Positions 59,400 through 64,000 of a stretch of 64,000 bases of DNA are shown piece after piece (the first letter of the stretch is position 1; each line of letters opens with the position of its first letter). The position numbers were made by a program, and so were the translations under genes. Origin of the DNA: Gracilinanus agilis. Its lineage: Eukaryota. The stretch covers positions 172,418,514-172,482,513 of the forward strand of contig NC_058133.1 of assembly GCF_016433145.1 (NCBI RefSeq). The letters are read 5' to 3'. Below the pieces are notes generated by a model that ran no database searches, was not told where the DNA came from, and saw only the letters and a program-made list of their open reading frames with translations.

Positions 59400-60520
59400 G
59401 GTAGGTCACAAGGAGGCCACATGGAAGCTAGCCCAGGTAGACCCTTATCTTCCTGCTGTCACTCATTTTCCATACCCAGATCTCATTGGAACCAACAGGG
59501 CTGATCACACAGCTGATCTTAGTGGGTTTTTTTGGACTCCAGTTAGATAGCTTGGCCCTGACACTGCCATCTTTTATCAGAGTAGGCTTTGCCATCTTCT
59601 ATCTGAGCTTCAAACCTCTAAACCAGGGGTCAGCAACCTTTTTGGCCATGAGAGCCATAAATGCCACATTTTTTAAAATGTAATTTTGTGAGAGCCGTAC
59701 AGTGCTCACAGTGCACTCTCCTGTAACAGTGCCTGAAAAAAAAATTGACTTTATGGCTCCTGCAGAAAGAGCTATACGTTGCCGACCCCTGCTCTGGATA
59801 ATGAGATTGCAGGGATAGAAGGGAGATACTCTGGAGAAGAGGGGAATGGTGGTCTTTTGGGTGATTTAAACTTATTTAATGATCCAAGGTCCTCCATGGT
59901 TTGTTCATCTGTCAGCCAGTAGTTCAGCTGGGCAGGGGCAGGTTTCTGCCTCTTGTCCAGGATTGGAACTGAATAATTTGGCCTCTGCCTCAATTTCCTC
60001 ATGATATTGGGCTCCATTTCCATTGAGTCACCTGTCTGTTCCATTGTTAGCTTCATTTTCATTCACTTTCTTCTTAAGTTCAGCATTCAGGTTCTTCTTT
60101 AGTTCTACCTTCTTATCTCAAACTTCTTTCCAGCAGCTTTTTTTCTCCTTCACATAATTCCCTCTATCTGTTCTGTTTCCAGCTGATGGAAAAGTTCTTT
60201 ATTTCATATCTTTTGTTTAGGCTGCTGGTCATTTTTTCCTCCCTTTCTGATATTCCTTATCATGCACCTTCCTGTATTTGTTGTAATTGCCTCTTGAGAG
60301 ATGCCAGTTTGAGTGGATACATCTGTTCCTTCATTTTGACATAATCTTTCTCATCTTACTTTGCCAGGTCAGTTTCACTAGCATCCTTGATATCTTTGTT
60401 GTACTTGGGCTGTGGCAGTTCTGCTTGTTGTCCTCTGCACTTTCCCAACTCCTCCTCCTCCAGGAGGGGCCTGGGGTTGGCTGTGGGAGGCAGCACCCTG
60501 GGGCTTAGGGCCTTTTCAGC
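59400..60520 (-). pseudogene. SUDS3: SUDS3 (SDS3, Sin3/HDAC subunit) processed pseudogene
   Basis: [39 protein letters not shown]; [12 protein letters not shown]...RKLRQRPN...[20 protein letters not shown]; [11 protein letters not shown]...[14 protein letters not shown]. Intronless, with stops and frameshifts. Confidence 0.9.
59624..59791. mobile_element. hAT (Charlie-type) MITE inserted in the SUDS3 retrocopy
   Basis: 14-bp TIRs CAGGGGTCAGCAAC and GTTGCCGACCCCTG (one mismatch); degenerate 8-bp TSD CTCTAAAC / CTCTGGAT around an NTCTAGAN-type target. Confidence 0.85.
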
Positions 60521-61437
60521 CACTGCCCAATACTCAGAGAACTTTAAATAAAGTGGAGGAGGGTTCCATGTGAATAGCAACTGATAATAGTTGGTCCTGA
60601 AGAACTGGCAAATATTCTTCCAAAGGACCAAGCAATATCTTCCATTATACTCTGCTTATGGTAAGGGAATCCAGTTCAGATCCCAAATCTGGTAGAGATG
60701 GGTACCATGAATTGTCCAGTTTAGTAACAAAGCTGGTCCAAGAGAAGCTGTGGGAATCCCAGGGAGAGTTTTCTTTTATGAAGAGAAGGGCTACCCAGAA
60801 TGGTTTTGTCCCAAATGAGGATCCTACACTTTGGAAAGCATCACATTCTGGTGGCATCTGGTGAGTTTCCAGCTGCTCTTAGAAATCCAGGAGGGAGGGG
60901 AGGGCATGAATCTCAAGATCAGTTTTGTGCCCATATCTGCAGCATTGACTTGAAGGTCGGCAGCTTCTGGCTTGATGGAAATTGTTCTTGTCAAGGAAGA
61001 ATGATCCAGCCAGTTGCTGGGTCTTGTTGTTTATATCTCTACAGTTTCTCTTTCCCTTCCCACAGGCCCATCCCACCTTTCACCTGGGCTTTTCAGAAGG
61101 CCTAATAAGTTTCTCCCTTCTCCAATCCATCCTTCACACACATAGCTTCCAGAGTGATATTCCTACAACATAGATCTATGCCATTTCCCTATTCAAGAAG
61201 TTTCACAGGCTTCCAGATGCTTCTAAGATGAAGTCTAGATTGCTCAGCTTGATAAACATAAAGCTCTTCAAAACTAGAGTGGCTTTCAGACTTATTTCAG
61301 ATTAATCCCCTTTACATAATCTGTATTCCAGCCAAAACTCACCTAATTGTTGTTCCCTGTTTCCTTTCTGCATTTGTCCAGGCTTACTAAAGTCTGATAT
61401 TTACCTCCTCCCCATTGCCAACTTGACCTCTTCCCAG

Positions 61438-62089
61438 TGTAGGAGTCTAGCCATATATTAATCTTGATATTATTTTAGGAGTACTCAAAAAGCTGACTCT
61501 TATGATATTTCTAATGATTGGTTTCTTTAACCTTGGGTTAAATTGAACCTTAACAGCAAATTCTTAGCCCTTCCCTGAGGCTACACTCCAGAAGACTGAT
61601 CAGTTATCTCAGTCTCCTTATTTTACCAATAACAATCAGTTAACATATATATCAAACAAAATTAGATGCCTTAGGCCATATGAACTCCTGATCCAGGCAT
61701 TGGCTATACTTATTGTCTTAGAATCAGGTAGTTTGTATCTTGTGATGATTACCTCATAATGTTAATGTATTAGACCACTTGTCTAATTATCATTTTCCCT
61801 TCCCCCTATACTGTTGTAATCTCAATAAAAACACCAGTATGTTGGCTAAAGGTTAAGCTCTTGACCATCTAAGCTCTTGACCACCAGAGCTAACACGCTG
61901 TCTGACTACTTCATGTCAGAACTTTCTTTGTTTTTGTGACTTTCTTCTTACCTTATGCTCTCCTTGCCTTAGACTTTTACCCCTCACCCATTTTTCTCTT
62001 AGTCCATGGTTCCCCTTTCTGAGTGTTCTACCCACTAGGAACTTTCGTGAGGTTGGTGGACATCTTCCTATTGGCACCCAACATGGGGC
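61438..62089 (+). mobile_element. Betaretrovirus-like (ERV2) LTR plus tRNA-Lys primer-binding site
   Basis: Starts TGTAGG; AATAAA at 61824; PBS TGGCACCCAACATGGGGC (62072-62089), which is TGGCGCCCAACGTGGGGC with both CpGs decayed. Confidence 0.8.
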
Positions 62090-62108
62090 AAGATAAGAGG
62101 TATTCAAG

Positions 62109-62370
62109 TTAGTTAGAAGGAAAGGCAGGTTGGACCAAAGAATCCTGTATGGTTTCTGCCTCTAATGCTGTTCTCACTGTATTCCAAGTTAGCCAGACCA
62201 CTGGTGCGACTTTTAAATCCCTTTTCTTAAAGACTGTCCCATTAGGTCTCATTGCTGTACATTGAGTACCCCTACTTCTGGGACCCCAGGATAACATTGC
62301 AAGATTACCTTAATTAATGCCTGAAAGTTTAGCTTCTGTCACTCTATATCCTTGTCTCTGTATTAAAGAT
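62109..62370 (-). pseudogene. gag: Betaretroviral gag matrix fragment, inverted relative to the adjacent LTR-PBS
   Basis: LIQRQGYRVTEAKL...LQCYPGVPEVGVLNVQQ*DLMGQSLRK/RDLKVAPVVWLTWNTVRTALEA aligns by eye with HERV-K matrix LLKRGGVKVSTKNL...[25 protein letters not shown]...IPLTVWNDWAIIKAALEP. Confidence 0.72.
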
Positions 62371-62385
62371 TTTACATATGTTACA

Positions 62386-62565
62386 TATGTTAATTGATTG
62401 TTATTGGTAAAATAAGGAGACTGAGCTCAGGTAAGGGCTAGGAATTTGAGGTTAAGGTTCAATTTAACTCAAGGTTACAGAAACCAATCATAAGAAATAT
62501 CATAAGAGTCAGTTTTTTGAGCACCCCCTAAAATATCAAGATTAATATATGCCTGGACTCCTACA
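62386..62565 (-). mobile_element. Inverted partial copy of the 5' end of the LTR at 61438-61648
   Basis: Reverse complement starts TGTAGGAGTCCAGGCATATATTAATCTTGATATT; about 90% identical to 61438-61648 apart from a deletion of about 28 nt. Confidence 0.9.
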
Positions 62566-64000
62566 CTCCTCAAAGGAAATCTTCCTGACTGAGTGCTATA
62601 TAAGTTGTGTCCCTCTAGTAGGATGTAACTCCTTGAGGTCAGGGACTTTGGAGGTATATCCCCCAGCACCTAGCAGAGTGCTTTGCATGTGCTAATAATT
62701 GCCTTAGCAAATTATGGAGTTGAATTGAGAAGGGAAGGAGAAAGGAATTGGGGTATGTTTGAGCAGAAAATCTCCAGCTTGTCTCAGATATCCATTCCAG
62801 GGACTCTGAAACCATAAAATCATAAAGGTGCCCTTATTGTCTGTTCCACATAAGTCCTGCTATATTTGGTTCAAAGCTTCTTGCTCTATTATGCCACACA
62901 TTGTGACCCTTATTAGTATGAGAATCATACCAGTTGCATTCTGCCTCATCCTTTTTTGGGCTCTGTCTTTTCTGAATGAGTATCTGGAAACTTCCCCTGA
63001 GGTTATCAGGGCCAGAGGGGGGCCTAGTGATGAATAGGTAATCCTTAAAACCAACATACTATTAGAGCTAGAAGGGACCTTTGAAAGCATCCTATCCTTT
63101 TACAGAGGAGGAAACTGAGACCAAGAAGGAAGGGAAATTACTTACCCAAGGTCACTCAGGTAGTAAGTTTGAGGGCTAGGGCCAAACTCAGATTACCTTA
63201 CTCCTAATTCTTTATTCTTTACAATAGTCCACAGTGTCACTTCTAATGAGCAACAATCAAAAAGGGCCCTACCTTCCCTGGAAGAGCTGCAGAAATGAAA
63301 ACAGAAAACTTCCTTTTCCTTTTTCTTAATATAAAATAAAGTCTTCCACAAGTAACCTTGAGACCTGAAGGGCTTTGCCAGTTGCCAAGAGAGCTGGATT
63401 GGGTCTGTGTGACTCAATGTGTTGTCTTAGGCAATTCAGGCATCCTTCTTTGCTTTCTTCTCTGTGGCATCTTTAATAGTCCCTGCCCCATTTGTCCCCA
63501 AGTTTGAGGCACAACTGCACAATAGAGGACTCGGGTTGCTAAGGAAGAGAACATTCTGTGGCTGACCTAGGTGTGACATACATCTCCATCCAGCTCCTTA
63601 CTTTCACTCTCCATCTGTTTTGATTTGAAATGTGTTCAGTTGTAGAGCAGGCTGAGAAAGATTCTTTTTGGACTATGAGAAAGGTGCTCTCTTCTGATTT
63701 AGGAGCAGCCCTGGCAGGCTTCATGTAGGTTTAGGAGTTTACCACCATTTTGGTGCAAAGTTCATAGTGGTCCATAGTGGATCCAAAGGTGTAGTGACTA
63801 AATATCAGTATTCAAAACAAAACAATAAAAATGCTGGTCAAGGAAGCATCTTCAGAAGGTAAATCTTAAGGCCAAGCTTTATTTCAAAAGGTTGATTAGG
63901 CTTCCAGCTCATGTTAGATGACAGTGGTGAGGGATTTAGGGAATAAAGTAAACAGCAAAAGTAAAAGAAGAGTGCCAGCAGTTTGTGGTAATTTCATTTT

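Noticed and set aside
60658-60864. Open 195-nt plus-strand segment ending in CTG|GTGAGT as MYO19 exon 2
   Set aside because: It lacks the conserved DDLT-x-VNPV motif, has a weak acceptor, and its phase 2-2 does not fit the phase-0 junction expected for MYO19.
1-64000. CRISPR arrays, operons, rRNA or tRNA genes
   Set aside because: This is eukaryotic intron-rich DNA. No regularly spaced repeat-spacer array was seen, and the tRNA-like segments are SINE heads or retroviral primer-binding sites.

Overview
Marsupial genomic DNA. The SINE1_Mdo/MAR1-type SINEs point to a didelphid opossum such as Monodelphis (inference). Gene order matches the DHRS11-GGNBP2-PIGW-MYO19 block of human 17q12, in reverse orientation. 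Minus strand: the start of DHRS11 (1-113, runs off the window), a complete 13-coding-exon GGNBP2 (9316-34327, 696 aa, all phases consistent), and intact single-coding-exon PIGW (48004-49533, 509 aa). A CpG island at about 50.3-51.8 kb is probably the shared PIGW/MYO19 promoter. A plus-strand ATG exon there may be MYO19 exon 1, but no myosin motor-domain exon was recognised in the window. The rest is repeats: SINEs, MIR, L2, CR1/L3, L1, DNA-transposon MITEs, solo LTRs and a 7.4-kb gag-only class I provirus with a 4-bp TSD. There is also a SUDS3 retrocopy. Most interesting: (1) a YBX3-mRNA-derived segment joined to an L2-type 3' tail in GGNBP2 intron 6, a possible chimeric retroposon; (2) a candidate 180-nt poison exon with a downstream UGCAUG in GGNBP2 intron 7; (3) a fold-back betaretroviral structure bounded by ~200-bp inverted LTR ends; (4) a perfect 28-bp hairpin in GGNBP2 intron 2; (5) candidate extra plus-strand exons ahead of MYO19. 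All family assignments were made by eye from recalled sequences; no database search was run.
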